Assembly (NCBI GenBank): GCA_037968415.1
Contig: JBBKVM010000078.1
Coordinates: 4,358 to 68,357, forward strand
Source: Bacteroidia bacterium
GTDB taxonomy: Bacteria; Bacteroidota; Bacteroidia; AKYH767-A; JBBKVM01
Reading direction: 5' to 3'
Length of the DNA stretch: 64,000 nt
The stretch's first letter is position 1. Each line of letters starts with the position of its first letter. Shown here one piece after another: positions 18,001-27,648 of the stretch. The position numbers were made by a program, and so were the translations under genes. The notes under the pieces are model-generated. The model did no database searches. It was not told where the DNA came from and saw nothing but the letters and a program-made list of their open reading frames with translations.

Positions 18001-18993
18001 CAGGTGCAAGATGTTAATGGACAAAAGTTGAGCTCATTTAATGGAGTTCTTTATCCTACTATATTCGACAAGCCTTCTGCCATCACTACATTGAGCAATG
18101 ATGGTCCTCAAAACAGTCCACCGCGCACATTCCAATTGCAAAAGAACGTGTTGTACAAAGGCAAAGTGAGTGTTGTAAATGGTGAGTTTTCGTTTCAATT
18201 TATTGTCCCCAAAGACATTTCCTATCAATACGGATTTGGAAAAATCAGTTACTATGGTCACAACGGAAATACCGATGCACACGGTGCTTTTGAGAATGTT
18301 GTGATTGGTGGTTTTGATCCATTGGCTGTAGCCGACAATCAGGGACCTGCCGTGAAGTTATATATGAATGACGATAAATTTGCCTTTGGAGGTATGACCA
18401 ATGATGCACCTATATTGTATGCCACCATAACCGATTCGAGCGGCATCAATACATCCGGCAATTCTATTGGCCATGATATCGCAAGCGTGATGGACGACCA
18501 GTCGGATAAAACTTTGATACTGAATGATTTTTACCAGGCTGACCTGGACAGTTACCAAAGCGGCAAAGTGCGTTACCAACTTTCTAAACTTTCATCGGGC
18601 AGGCATACGGTTGACATCAAAGTGTGGGACGTTCACAACAATTCATCAAAAGACTATACCGAATTTATTGTAGCCGAGTCGGCCGACCTGGCCTTGAGCC
18701 ATGTGTTGAATTATCCGAACCCATTTACAACTCACACCAGCTTTTTCTTCGAGCACAACCGCCCCACATCCCCATTGGAAGTGCAAGTGCAGGTTTACAC
18801 TGTTTCTGGTAAGTTGATTAAAACCATCAACCAACAGATCACGACAGCCGGATTCAGATCAGATCAGATTACATGGGATGGCCGAGATGATTTTGGCGAT
18901 GCCATTGGCCGTGGTGTGTATGTGTACAGGCTGCGTGTCCGTGATGGTGAAAACAGCGCGGAGCAATTCGAGAAACTAGTGATCCTAAAATAA
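15097..18993 (+). CDS. porU: Type IX secretion system sortase PorU (peptidase C25)
   Basis: SVLNTGSWYRIAV, LLLFGDGSYD, SDDFYG, VGRLPV, catalytic NYTGHG (His) and TATCEF (Cys), LLGDPA; C-terminal T9SS CTD (VLNYPNPF...GVYVYRL); upstream of porV. Confidence 0.93.
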   Translation: MAYRKVRNLVLFFSLIIGFSNVSAQDIVKSVSLIWQDPAIEKVSDEQTISFLRFENCVIDPSRGLLPVYIGEFEVSGATVSVEAQIINPQYKSIAHASLNLNSERISSLPFVKADVVVQNKKASGLITVMPIRATGNGNFEALTSFDVIVKVLPVRAANVDKSALATNSVLNTGSWYRIAVASDGVYKLDYNFLKAIGVDMTNFNTANLRVFGNGGGMLPYANSMPRTDDLAENAIYISDQNGNGIFDQTDYALFYGQGQTRWTYTSADKRFHHAINEYTDTTYYFVTANQGAGLRISTVPVPGAPANKFVNTFDDYAVHHYDKINFLKSGRQFFGETFDILLQQTFNFSFPNIDFSTPVYIKTRAVARTFAASSMNVRVSGSNVMTLNFTDLPGGPGCYWCEYAKSPINSDTTSFSTSLSNFAVDLIYNPSGSVSTAWLDYMELNARRQLKMSGNQMMIRDLAAIGAGNIAEYTLARNSTSQSITIWDVSNPTAPVLVPHTTSGLNAIFKTDASSLREYALFTTSGFPTPISVGPVANQDLHAMTQANMIIVAPPVFMSEAQRLAEFHRNVTNLTVHLVTPQQIYNEFSSGAQQAQAIRDFMKMFYDRATTSVEQPRFLLLFGDGSYDNKTNSASNTNFIPTYQSLNSLWTLSSYVSDDFYGNLDDTEGDWDVTIDASDVGVGRLPVRSLTEARNMVNKIIHYSSPAPQQDFDFEYSSNGYRKSPFGDWRNVVCFVGDDEDLDLHLDQANTLADTLWSRYRNYNIDKIYLDAYPQESTPGGHRYPGVKEALNKRVERGALIINYTGHGGELGWAHERILDNTDINSWTNWNNMPAFFTATCEFSRFDDPARVSAGEYVLLNSKGGGIALFTTVRLVYATPNFALNRDFVNLVFEPDNGNVPFMGDLFRKTKNVSPGDYNRRNFTLLGDPAIRLAYPTNRVVTTSVNSNPVSAVADTIQGLSKVIITGQVQDVNGQKLSSFNGVLYPTIFDKPSAITTLSNDGPQNSPPRTFQLQKNVLYKGKVSVVNGEFSFQFIVPKDISYQYGFGKISYYGHNGNTDAHGAFENVVIGGFDPLAVADNQGPAVKLYMNDDKFAFGGMTNDAPILYATITDSSGINTSGNSIGHDIASVMDDQSDKTLILNDFYQADLDSYQSGKVRYQLSKLSSGRHTVDIKVWDVHNNSSKDYTEFIVAESADLALSHVLNYPNPFTTHTSFFFEHNRPTSPLEVQVQVYTVSGKLIKTINQQITTAGFRSDQITWDGRDDFGDAIGRGVYVYRLRVRDGENSAEQFEKLVILK

Positions 18994-19014
18994 CCTACTT
19001 CACACTTAATATTT

Positions 19015-19022
19015 TATATTTG
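19015..19022 (+). promoter_or_regulatory. -7 element (TATATTTG) for porV-ispF
   Basis: Exact TAnnTTTG overlapping the track's TTG start, which argues for a downstream ATG. Confidence 0.55.
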
Positions 19023-19043
19023 CAGCCTTGTATGAATAGAACT

Positions 19044-20273
19044 ATGAAAAGAATTACAGCTACTGCCGGAGCCATTGCTGTTGCATTATTGGCATTACCG
19101 GAAAGATCATCAGCACAGAAAACGCAGGATACTTTTGATGAATTGCAATTGAACACTATCACCACTGCAGTTCCGTTTTTACTTATTGCACCTGACTCGC
19201 GTGCTGGCGGAATGGGTGATGCAGGCGTTGCCTCTTCTCCCGATGCAAATTCGATCCACTGGAATCCAGCCAAGTTGGCGTTTGCTGAAAAGGACATGAG
19301 TTTCTCATTGTCTTACACGCCTTGGTTGCGTGCATTGGTGCCGGACATCAATCTTGCATATGTTTCTGGTTATAAAAAGCTCGATAAAGATCAGGCATTA
19401 GGAGTTTCGCTGCTCTATTTTTCATTGGGTGATATCACATTCACCGATGTAACAGGAAACACCATCGGCCAATACCGACCCAACGAATTTGCGATAGACG
19501 TAGCTTATGCTCGTAAACTTGGCGAAGAACTTTCGGGTGGTATGGCGTTGCGCTATATTTATTCAAACCTCACTGGAGGAATTGATGTGTTGGGAGCCTC
19601 TTCAAAGCCGGGCACTTCAGTGGCGGCTGATCTTTCAGTGTTTTACACCAAAGAAATGGATATCTCCAAAAAAGATGCGCAACTTTCTTTCGGTGCTAAC
19701 ATATCCAACATCGGAGCCAAAATGTCATACACCGAAACAGGCAACAAAGATTTTATTCCTGTGAGCATGCGATTGGGAAGCAGCCTGCTTTTGAATCTTG
19801 ATGAATACAATCAAATAGCCGTAAATCTTGATTTCAATAAGTTATTGGTGCCCACACCTCCAGTGTATGAAACTGATTCAAACGGAACACCCATCACCGA
19901 TGCCAATGGCGACAAAGTGATATTGGCAGGCAAGGATCCTGATGTGCCGCTGGTTTCAGGAATGTTGCAATCTTTTGGCGATGCACCAGGTGGATTTAAA
20001 GAAGAGATGCGCGAAGTGAATATTAGCTTTGGCGTAGAATACTGGTACGATCAGCAGTTTGCGTTTCGTGCCGGATATTTCTACGAGCATCCAACTAAAG
20101 GCAACCGCAAATTTTTCACGCTGGGCGCGGGGTTAAAATACAATGTTTTTGGACTCGACTTCGCTTATCTAATCCCTACCGAACAACGCAATCCTTTGGA
20201 GAATACGTTGCGATTTACCCTCAAGTTTGATCTTGCGGCCAACGCCAATGCCAAAGATAAAATTGCTGAATGA
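19044..20273 (+). CDS. porV: Type IX secretion system outer membrane protein PorV
   Basis: ITTAVPFLLIAPDSRAGGMGDAGVA, WNPAKLAF, SYTPWLR, GVEYWY, GYFYEH and NPLENTLRFTL motifs; start ATG 19044 (or 19032). Confidence 0.93.
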   Translation: MKRITATAGAIAVALLALPERSSAQKTQDTFDELQLNTITTAVPFLLIAPDSRAGGMGDAGVASSPDANSIHWNPAKLAFAEKDMSFSLSYTPWLRALVPDINLAYVSGYKKLDKDQALGVSLLYFSLGDITFTDVTGNTIGQYRPNEFAIDVAYARKLGEELSGGMALRYIYSNLTGGIDVLGASSKPGTSVAADLSVFYTKEMDISKKDAQLSFGANISNIGAKMSYTETGNKDFIPVSMRLGSSLLLNLDEYNQIAVNLDFNKLLVPTPPVYETDSNGTPITDANGDKVILAGKDPDVPLVSGMLQSFGDAPGGFKEEMREVNISFGVEYWYDQQFAFRAGYFYEHPTKGNRKFFTLGAGLKYNVFGLDFAYLIPTEQRNPLENTLRFTLKFDLAANANAKDKIAE

Positions 20274-20752
20274 AGATAAGGGTAGGACTCGGATTTGATG
20301 TTCACCAGTTAAAAGAAGGATCGGAATTTTGGCTCGGTGGAGTTAAAATTCCTTTTCACAAAGGCGCGGTGGGTCATTCGGATGCCGATGTTTTAATACA
20401 TGCCATTTGTGATGCGCTTCTTGGCGCTGCAGGCCTGCGCGACATAGGCTACCACTTTCCTGACACGGCTTCACAATTCAAGGGCATTGATAGCAAATTG
20501 TTGTTAGCTGATGTTGCTGCGCTACTTAAGAAAGAAAAATATACCATCTCCAATATAGATTCTACGGTGTGTCTGCAGCAACCTAAAATCAGCCATCACG
20601 TGCCAGACATGGTGGCAACACTTGCTACCACACTTGATATTCCCATTTCTGATATTTCAATCAAAGCTACCACTACCGAACAACTTGGCTACGTAGGACG
20701 GGAAGAAGGTGTCTCGGCCTATGCTGTAGCACTAATCATGTTAGAAGAATAG
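20270..20752 (+). CDS. ispF: 2-C-methyl-D-erythritol 2,4-cyclodiphosphate synthase
   Basis: RVGLGFDVH, GHSDADVLIHAICDALLGA and IKATTTE motifs; ATGA overlap with porV. Confidence 0.95.
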   Translation: MKIRVGLGFDVHQLKEGSEFWLGGVKIPFHKGAVGHSDADVLIHAICDALLGAAGLRDIGYHFPDTASQFKGIDSKLLLADVAALLKKEKYTISNIDSTVCLQQPKISHHVPDMVATLATTLDIPISDISIKATTTEQLGYVGREEGVSAYAVALIMLEE

Positions 20753-20818
20753 CAGGAAACAGTATGTGGAGATAATACTATCTCTGGTAATCAATTTAAA
20801 TTCTACAACGCGGACATA

Positions 20819-21310
20819 ATGGAGCGCAAAAAGTTAACCCTCACCTTCGAAGTGTATGACTCAATAAAGGAGATGGACGATGTGTCGGTCGATCTTATTC
20901 AGCAAGCGCGCAAGGCCTCTGCCCATGCCTATGCTCCATACTCAGGGTTTAAAGTGGGTGCTGCTGTTTTGTTGGCCAATGGCAAGATCATTACCGGTAA
21001 CAATCAGGAGAACGCGGCTTACCCATCGGGGCTGTGTGCCGAGCGTGTGGCCATTTTTAGCGCATCGGCCATGTACCCGGGAGAGGTGGTGAAAGCCATT
21101 GCCATTACCGCACATGCCGAAGACAGACCCATAGAAGAACCTGTGTGCCCGTGTGGTAGCTGCCGGCAAGTGCTTTCGGAATATGAGTACAAACAAAAAG
21201 AGAATATGCGCATACTGATGGCTGGCGAAGGAGGCACGGTTCTGGTGGCAGAAAATGTTTCTTCATTATTGCCGTATTATTTTACGGGTGAATTGCTCAA
21301 GCGCTCCTAG
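20819..21310 (+). CDS. cdd: Cytidine deaminase
   Basis: AYAPYSGFKVGAA, GNNQENAAYPSGLCAERVA and PCGSCRQ zinc motifs. Confidence 0.92.
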   Translation: MERKKLTLTFEVYDSIKEMDDVSVDLIQQARKASAHAYAPYSGFKVGAAVLLANGKIITGNNQENAAYPSGLCAERVAIFSASAMYPGEVVKAIAITAHAEDRPIEEPVCPCGSCRQVLSEYEYKQKENMRILMAGEGGTVLVAENVSSLLPYYFTGELLKRS

Positions 21311-21394
21311 CGTAAAACTACCGCACATTTTATTTTGTTATTTTGAAGTAGCCGCGGAAGCGACATAGCTTGCTCTTTGATATCAACCTACACT

Positions 21395-21898
21395 ATGGAC
21401 AAACAAATAGGCACATTGTATTTGCTCGAATGCATGAAGAGTTTCAAGGGGCTGAAATCTACATGCGAAAAAGCCATTTCACAGTTGGACAATGCACAGA
21501 TGCATCAAATATCAGAAGCGGATTCCAACAGTGTTGTAATTATCATGAAACACATGGCCGGCAGCATGCTATCGCGATGGACTGATTTTTTGACAACAGA
21601 TGGAGAGAAATCAGATCGCAACCGTGATGGTGAATTTGAAGATGATTTTACTTCGCGCGATCAATTGATGCAGTTTTGGGAGCGAGGGTGGGTATGCCTT
21701 TTTCAAGCGCTTGCGCAATTGCAAGCGCACCATCTTACTCAAAATATAACCATACGGGGCGAAGACCACACTGTGCTTCGCGCTATCAACAGGCAACTGG
21801 CGCACTACAGCTACCACACAGGACAAATAGTATTTGTGTCTAAAATGTTGCTGGGCACCAAGTGGCGAACCTTGTCGATTCCAAAAAAGGAAGCCTGA
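21395..21898 (+). CDS. DUF1572 family protein (DinB/YfiT-like superfamily)
   Basis: NSVVIIMKHMAGSMLSRWTDFLTTDGEKSDRNRDGEF and HYSYHTGQIV motifs; start set at ATG 21395. Confidence 0.85.
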   Translation: MDKQIGTLYLLECMKSFKGLKSTCEKAISQLDNAQMHQISEADSNSVVIIMKHMAGSMLSRWTDFLTTDGEKSDRNRDGEFEDDFTSRDQLMQFWERGWVCLFQALAQLQAHHLTQNITIRGEDHTVLRAINRQLAHYSYHTGQIVFVSKMLLGTKWRTLSIPKKEA

Positions 21899-21955
21899 CC
21901 CGGCTTGCTTTTACGCTGGTGCTTCACTCACATACTGCCAATACCAATTTTGTAT

Positions 21956-21963
21956 TAAATTTG
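21956..21963 (+). promoter_or_regulatory. -7 element (TAAATTTG) for pdhA-pdhC
   Basis: Exact TAnnTTTG, 21 nt upstream of ATG 21985. Confidence 0.55.
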
Positions 21964-21984
21964 CAGGGAACTCAAATACATGTG

Positions 21985-23022
21985 ATGGCACAGACTAAGC
22001 AAAAACCTACTACAAAACCTAAAAGCGCAAAGACATCAAAATTCTCGAAGGAAATTTATCTCGAGTGGTATGAGTCCATGTTGCTGATGCGGAGATTTGA
22101 AGAGAAATCAGGGCAACTTTACGGACAACAAAAGATTCGTGGATTTTGTCACCTGTATATTGGCCAGGAAGCAGTGGTGGCAGGTGCCATGTCGGTATTG
22201 AAAGCTGAGGACTCAATGATAACTGCGTATCGTGATCATGCGCATGCATTGGCCAAAGGCATTAGCGCGCGGGCCGTGATGGCCGAGCTATATGGTAAAA
22301 TAACAGGCTGTAGCAAGGGCAAAGGCGGATCCATGCATATGTTTTCAAAAGAGCATCGTTTTTTTGGCGGCCACGGAATAGTAGGTGGTCAAATACCGTT
22401 AGGCGCAGGCATTGCGTTTACCGAGAAATACAACAACACCGGTTTGGTATGTGTGTGTTATATGGGTGATGGAGCTGTGCGCCAGGGCGCATTTCACGAA
22501 GCGCTGAACATGGCCATGTTGTGGATGTTGCCGGTGGTTTTTGTGATTGAAAACAATGGTTATGCAATGGGTACTTCGGTAGAGCGAACCAGCAATGTAA
22601 AAGAATTATACACTCTGGGCGAGGCCTATGATATGCCTTCGGCTCCTGTGGATGGTATGAGTTGCGAAGATGTACATACCGCCATGGAAGAGGCAGTGAA
22701 TCGTGCACGTTCAGGTAAAGGCCCTACACTGCTCGAAATGCGCACATACCGATTCAAAGGACACTCTATGTCGGACCCCGCAAAGTATCGCAGCAAAGAA
22801 GAGGTGGAGACCTACAAATCAAAAGACCCTATAGAACAAGTATTGGCAGTGATAAAAAAAGAAAAATACGCTACTGAAAAGCAGCTTGAAGCCATCGCCA
22901 AAAAAGTAAATGACATAGTGGAAGACAGTGTGCAATTTGCGGAAGAATCACCCTATCCAGATGCTTCAGAATTGTACAAAGATGTATATGTGCAGGAGGA
23001 TTACCCTTACCTGATGGATTAA
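21985..23022 (+). CDS. pdhA: Pyruvate dehydrogenase E1 alpha subunit
   Basis: RGFCHLYIGQEA, KGKGGSMH, TPP motif GDGA...ENN and YRFKGHSMSDP; start moved to ATG 21985. Confidence 0.95.
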   Translation: MAQTKQKPTTKPKSAKTSKFSKEIYLEWYESMLLMRRFEEKSGQLYGQQKIRGFCHLYIGQEAVVAGAMSVLKAEDSMITAYRDHAHALAKGISARAVMAELYGKITGCSKGKGGSMHMFSKEHRFFGGHGIVGGQIPLGAGIAFTEKYNNTGLVCVCYMGDGAVRQGAFHEALNMAMLWMLPVVFVIENNGYAMGTSVERTSNVKELYTLGEAYDMPSAPVDGMSCEDVHTAMEEAVNRARSGKGPTLLEMRTYRFKGHSMSDPAKYRSKEEVETYKSKDPIEQVLAVIKKEKYATEKQLEAIAKKVNDIVEDSVQFAEESPYPDASELYKDVYVQEDYPYLMD

Positions 23023-23050
23023 TCATCAACAAAAAAAACTAAAAAAAAGA

Positions 23051-24343
23051 ATGGCCGAGATTGTTAGAATGCCCAAGATGAGTGATACCATGACAGAAGG
23101 AGTTGTATCAAAATGGCACAAGAAAGTTGGAGACCACATAAAAACCGGTGAGTTGGTGGCGGAGATAGAAACCGACAAAGCAACCATGGAGTTTGAATCA
23201 TACCAGGAAGGTGTGTTGTTATACCGCGGTGTGGAAGAAGGCAAGGCAGCACCAGTTAATGGAGTGTTGGCCATATTGGGAAAAAAAGGCGAGGACTATA
23301 AATCATTATTGGAAGGGGAGAAAAAAGCGACACCAGCTGCGGAGGCTGCAGCGCCAGCCACACCTAAAGCCGAACCCGCAAAACCTGCTGCCAAAGCAGC
23401 AGCTGCCCCAAGCCCAACTCCTGCGCCCGCAGCTACGCCAAAACCTGCAGTTGCTCCTCTAGCTCCCAATGCAAACGACTCACGACTTAAAGCATCGCCT
23501 CTGGCACGCAGACTTGCCGAAGAAAAAGGTCTTGACTTGCGGCATGTGAATGGCACCGGTGACCATGGAAGAATCGTAAAACGTGATATTGACTGGTACA
23601 AACAAATGCCTAATGGCGGTGGCTTGGCCATGCCCGGATTTGTTGCCACAGAGGGATTTGATGAAATAGAACTTTCGCAAATGCGCAAAACAATCGCGCG
23701 CAGATTAGCGGAAAGTAAATATTCTGCCCCCCATTTTTACCTGACCATGGAAATAGATATGGGCCGTGCGGTTGATGCTCGTGAAAGCATCAATGCAATA
23801 GCGCCTTTGAAAACATCTTTCAATGACATGATTTTGAAAGCCGCTGCCATGGCTCTTCGCCAGCACCCTAAAGTAAATGCTTCGTGGCTGGGCGATAAAA
23901 TCAGAATGCACCACCACATACACATAGGCGTGGCAGTAGCTGTGGAGGAAGGATTGCTGGTACCTGTTGTGCGATTTGCCGATGGCAAAACACTTTCACA
24001 GATAGGTGCAGAAGTAAAAGAGTATGCGCAAAAAGCTAAAGACAAAAAATTGCAACCTTCCGATTGGGAAGGCAACACTTTCACCATATCAAACCTGGGC
24101 ATGTTTGGCATCGATCAGTTTACTGCTATCATCAATCCGCCTGACGCTTGCATCTTGGCTATTGGTGCCATCAATGATGCGGCTGTGGTGAAAGATGGCA
24201 AAGTTGTTGCAGGCAAAAAGATGAAAGTCACCATGTCATGTGATCACCGTGCGGTAGATGGAGCAATAGGCTCCGCGTTTCTGCAGACCTTCCGTCAATT
24301 GTTGGAAAACCCGGTGTTAATGCTTGGCATGAGTTCAATCTAA
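23051..24343 (+). CDS. pdhC: Pyruvate dehydrogenase E2, dihydrolipoamide acetyltransferase (single lipoyl domain)
   Basis: EIETDKAT lipoyl site, Ala/Pro linker, ASPLARRLA E3-binding domain, FTISNLGM and DHRAVDG catalytic motif. Confidence 0.93.
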   Translation: MAEIVRMPKMSDTMTEGVVSKWHKKVGDHIKTGELVAEIETDKATMEFESYQEGVLLYRGVEEGKAAPVNGVLAILGKKGEDYKSLLEGEKKATPAAEAAAPATPKAEPAKPAAKAAAAPSPTPAPAATPKPAVAPLAPNANDSRLKASPLARRLAEEKGLDLRHVNGTGDHGRIVKRDIDWYKQMPNGGGLAMPGFVATEGFDEIELSQMRKTIARRLAESKYSAPHFYLTMEIDMGRAVDARESINAIAPLKTSFNDMILKAAAMALRQHPKVNASWLGDKIRMHHHIHIGVAVAVEEGLLVPVVRFADGKTLSQIGAEVKEYAQKAKDKKLQPSDWEGNTFTISNLGMFGIDQFTAIINPPDACILAIGAINDAAVVKDGKVVAGKKMKVTMSCDHRAVDGAIGSAFLQTFRQLLENPVLMLGMSSI

Positions 24344-24354
24344 AAACTACAAAC

Positions 24355-24813
24355 ATGAAAAAGCATTTCACGGCCACCTTCTTTTTTCTTGCATTTTCTT
24401 TCACACTTGTTGGACAAGATACACCAGTGGTAGAAAAAGCAGACACTGCAGATATAGTATATACGGTAGTAGAAACAATGCCCCAGTATGTGGGCGGGCA
24501 GGAAGCTATGATGGATTTTATTCGCAAGAATACGCAGTACCCAGCCGAAGCGAAAAAGCAAGGAGTTTCGGGGCGTGTATATGTTTCATTTGTAATAGAC
24601 AAAACAGGGCAGGTTACCGAAGCTAGTGTAATGCGCGGCATTGGTGGTGGTTGCGATGCAGAGGCCTTGCGCGTGGTCAACGCTATGCCTGCATGGGCAC
24701 CCGGCACACAGAGTGGAAAACCTGTGAAAGTGAGGTTTGTTTTACCTTTCAGTTTTGCCTTTGACAATACGCCTGCAGTTGAAGACTCCGGAAAAGAGAA
24801 ATCGGATAAATAA
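24355..24813 (+). CDS. TonB C-terminal domain protein (energy transducer)
   Basis: VETMPQYVGG, YPAEAKKQGVSGRVYVSFVIDKTG, DAEALRVV, WAPGTQSGKPVKV; N-terminal hydrophobic segment. Confidence 0.85.
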   Translation: MKKHFTATFFFLAFSFTLVGQDTPVVEKADTADIVYTVVETMPQYVGGQEAMMDFIRKNTQYPAEAKKQGVSGRVYVSFVIDKTGQVTEASVMRGIGGGCDAEALRVVNAMPAWAPGTQSGKPVKVRFVLPFSFAFDNTPAVEDSGKEKSDK

Positions 24814-25183
24814 GTTTTAATCCTGCATTTCTAAATTTCCAATAACCATTATTGTTTGCACTTTAACGTGATATTATTATATCTTGCCAATACCGTAATG
24901 TGTTGTGGGAATTGCCACCCGCTTTCGCTGATTGTAAAATTTTCGCTGCTCTAAATTCAATCGACAAGCAAAGTATTCAATAATAAGCTAAAATTTTAAT
25001 CTATTGAATATGTGCTTTTGATGGGTGTTTTTACCTGCTTGTGGCTCAATAACATGCCGAAAAGTGAAAATTTGAAAGGTGATCAACACAGGCGCTGTGA
25101 ATAGTCAAGAAAGCCGATTTTAATTTCGGTATTAGAATTTAATTAAAATTGACAGGCTAATGAAATTCGCTTTCATTTTGGAC

Positions 25184-25191
25184 TATTTTTG
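25184..25191 (+). promoter_or_regulatory. -7 element (TATTTTTG) for the cold-shock gene
   Basis: Exact TAnnTTTG, 33 nt upstream of ATG 25225. Confidence 0.5.
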
Positions 25192-25224
25192 GAAGTATTA
25201 CCTAATAGAAAAAAATTAATTGTC

Positions 25225-25416
25225 ATGAAAACAGGAACAGTAAAATTTTACAATGAAGCCAAAGGGTTTGGTTTTATAGTGCAAGATGAAAACCAACAGG
25301 AAATCTTTGTTCACCAAACAGGCATCACCGAAGCCATCCGTCAAAACGACAAAGTGGAATTTGAAGAAATTGACGGCCGCAAAGGATTGAACGCTGTAAA
25401 CGTGAAGAAGGTATAG
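25225..25416 (+). CDS. Cold-shock domain protein (63 aa)
   Basis: MKTGTVKFYNEAKGFGFI (RNP1) and IFVH (RNP2); start ATG 25225. Confidence 0.95.
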   Translation: MKTGTVKFYNEAKGFGFIVQDENQQEIFVHQTGITEAIRQNDKVEFEEIDGRKGLNAVNVKKV

Positions 25417-25448
25417 CAGAGACGATAAATCTTAAGTTGATAATTAAG

Positions 25449-25481
25449 AACCGGAAACATTTATTTGTTTCCGGTTTTTTG
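25449..25481 (+). terminator. Intrinsic terminator after csp
   Basis: AACCGGAAACA-TTTATT-TGTTTCCGGTT followed by TTTT. Confidence 0.75.
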
Positions 25482-25541
25482 TATCAAGCGATTCCGTTGA
25501 CAGTTTGCTATTTTTGCAATTCTTCAATCTACAAAGCAAAT

Positions 25542-27647
25542 ATGTCCATCAGTTTTTTTGATACATCCATAGAGTTTTTGAAAGGCGTTGGACCTGCCAA
25601 AGCAAAACTGCTTAAGTCGGAATTGAACATAACAACCTTTGGTGATTTACTAAATCATTTTCCGTTTCGATACATCGATCGCAGCAGATTTTTCACCATC
25701 GCGGAAGCGAATCCTGACATGCCTTACATTCAACTAAAAGTACAGGTTACAGGCATCACCACAGTGGGAGCCAAGCGCACTAAGCGTTTGGTAGCTCGCA
25801 TCAAAGATGATACTGGTTCAATGGAATTGGTATGGTTTCAAGGTGTAAAATGGATGGGTGATTATGTAAAGCCGGGTGGCTATTATGTGGTGTTTGGAAA
25901 GCCCTCATTGTTCAACGGAAAGTTAAATATTGTACATCCTGAGATGGAGATTATTACACAAGAGTCTCCTGTGATTTCAACTGGGCTTCAGGCTGTTTAT
26001 AACACTACCGAAAAACTTCGTCCGCGCGGTTTAGACAGTCGTGGATTGTGGCGGTTGATGCGCACAATGTTGAGCCAAATGCCTGCCGCATTGCCCGAAA
26101 CCATGTCTGAGAATTTGATCACAAAATTTAAACTCCATCCTCTGCGCGATGCTTTGTTTTCGGTGCATATGCCTTCTGATTTTGAGGTGTTGCAAAAGGC
26201 GCAATTCAGGTTGAAATTTGAAGAGCTGTTTTATTTGCAACTGCGATTGTTTGACCAAAAAAGAACACGCACTGAAAAGTATAAAGGACATAAATTTTCA
26301 GTGGTAGGGAATTTCTTCAATACATTTTACACCACTCGCCTCCCTTTCGAGCTAACCGGTGCACAAAAAAGAGTAATCAAAGAAATAAGAGCGGACATGG
26401 GTTCGGGGTTGCAAATGAACCGAATGCTTCAGGGCGATGTAGGCAGTGGTAAAACATTGGTGGCACTGATGTGTATGTTAATAGCCCTCGACAATAGCAC
26501 ACAGGCATGTTTGATGGTGCCCACTGAGATATTGGCCTCGCAGCATTTTGAAACGATCAGCCAATTGGTATCAGACATGGGCATTGAAGTGGCTTTGCTA
26601 ACGGGTAGCACCAAGAGCGCTAAGCGTAAGGATATATTGAGTCAAGCTGCAGACGGTACTTTGCATATACTCATTGGAACCCACGCTTTACTCGAAGCTG
26701 TAGTGCAATTTGATAATTTGGGATTAGTAATTATTGATGAGCAACACAGGTTTGGTGTGGAACAACGATCACGATTGTGGGAGAAAAATAATATGGTGCC
26801 GCATGTGCTTGTGATGACTGCCACGCCAATCCCGCGCACACTTGCTATGACTTTATATGGCGATTTGGATGTGTCGGTGATTGATGAAATGCCACCGGGC
26901 CGAAAGCCCATACAAACTATCCACCGGTATGAAAAGGCTCGCATAGCGGTATTTGATTTTCTGAGGAAAGAAATTGCCCTTGGCCGCCAGGTATACATCG
27001 TGTACCCGCTGATAGAAGAATCTGAGAAGATGGATTATAATGACCTGATGGCAGGTTTCGAAAGTATCAGCAGGTCGTTTCCACTGCCTCAATACCAAGT
27101 GAGCATAGTGCACGGGCGCATGAAAGCAGCTGACAAAGAATACGAAATGCAGCGTTTTGGCACCGGGCAGACACACATCATGGTGGCAACTACCGTGATA
27201 GAGGTAGGTGTAAATGTGCCCAACGCATCCATCATGCTTATTGAAAGTGCGGAGCGTTTTGGCTTATCGCAGATGCATCAGTTGCGCGGTCGAGTAGGGC
27301 GTGGTCACGAACAAAGCTATTGCATATTAATGACCTCCAATAAACTGACCAATGAATCGCGCGAAAGGCTTGCCACCATGGTCCGAACCAATGACGGATT
27401 TGAAATAGCCGAAGCCGATCTGCGGTTACGTGGGCCGGGCGATTTGATGGGGACCCAGCAAAGCGGCATGTTAGATTTACGAATCGCTGACCTGAGTACA
27501 GACGCTAGGATTTTGCAAACGGCTCGAATTGCAGCTGAAGAAGTGATTACTGCCGACCCGCTGCTGGCGTCAAAAGCCAACGCGCCCCTAAACAGAAAGC
27601 TCAAACACATTTGGGATAAGAAAGGTGACTGGAGTAAAATATCGTGA
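25542..27647 (+). CDS. recG: ATP-dependent DNA helicase RecG
   Basis: LKGVGP, QGDVGSGKT, DEQHRFG, TATPIPRT, TTVIEVGV and QLRGRVGRG; start ATG 25542 follows TATTTTTG at 25509-25516. Confidence 0.95.
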   Translation: MSISFFDTSIEFLKGVGPAKAKLLKSELNITTFGDLLNHFPFRYIDRSRFFTIAEANPDMPYIQLKVQVTGITTVGAKRTKRLVARIKDDTGSMELVWFQGVKWMGDYVKPGGYYVVFGKPSLFNGKLNIVHPEMEIITQESPVISTGLQAVYNTTEKLRPRGLDSRGLWRLMRTMLSQMPAALPETMSENLITKFKLHPLRDALFSVHMPSDFEVLQKAQFRLKFEELFYLQLRLFDQKRTRTEKYKGHKFSVVGNFFNTFYTTRLPFELTGAQKRVIKEIRADMGSGLQMNRMLQGDVGSGKTLVALMCMLIALDNSTQACLMVPTEILASQHFETISQLVSDMGIEVALLTGSTKSAKRKDILSQAADGTLHILIGTHALLEAVVQFDNLGLVIIDEQHRFGVEQRSRLWEKNNMVPHVLVMTATPIPRTLAMTLYGDLDVSVIDEMPPGRKPIQTIHRYEKARIAVFDFLRKEIALGRQVYIVYPLIEESEKMDYNDLMAGFESISRSFPLPQYQVSIVHGRMKAADKEYEMQRFGTGQTHIMVATTVIEVGVNVPNASIMLIESAERFGLSQMHQLRGRVGRGHEQSYCILMTSNKLTNESRERLATMVRTNDGFEIAEADLRLRGPGDLMGTQQSGMLDLRIADLSTDARILQTARIAAEEVITADPLLASKANAPLNRKLKHIWDKKGDWSKIS

Positions 27648-27648
27648 C

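Noticed and set aside
10976-20752. murF-gldJ-porP-like-porU-porV-ispF cluster as a novel system
   Set aside because: The gldJ-porU-porV-ispF linkage is an established conserved arrangement in gliding Bacteroidota.
23051-24343. Single lipoyl domain in PdhC and absence of pdhB as an anomaly
   Set aside because: Lipoyl domain number varies normally, and pdhB is commonly located elsewhere in Bacteroidota.
24898-24954. 18-codon ORF MCCGNCHPLSLIVKFSLL as a Cys-rich leader peptide
   Set aside because: There is no canonical promoter, no attenuator hairpin and no cysteine-related gene downstream; an ORF of this length is expected by chance.
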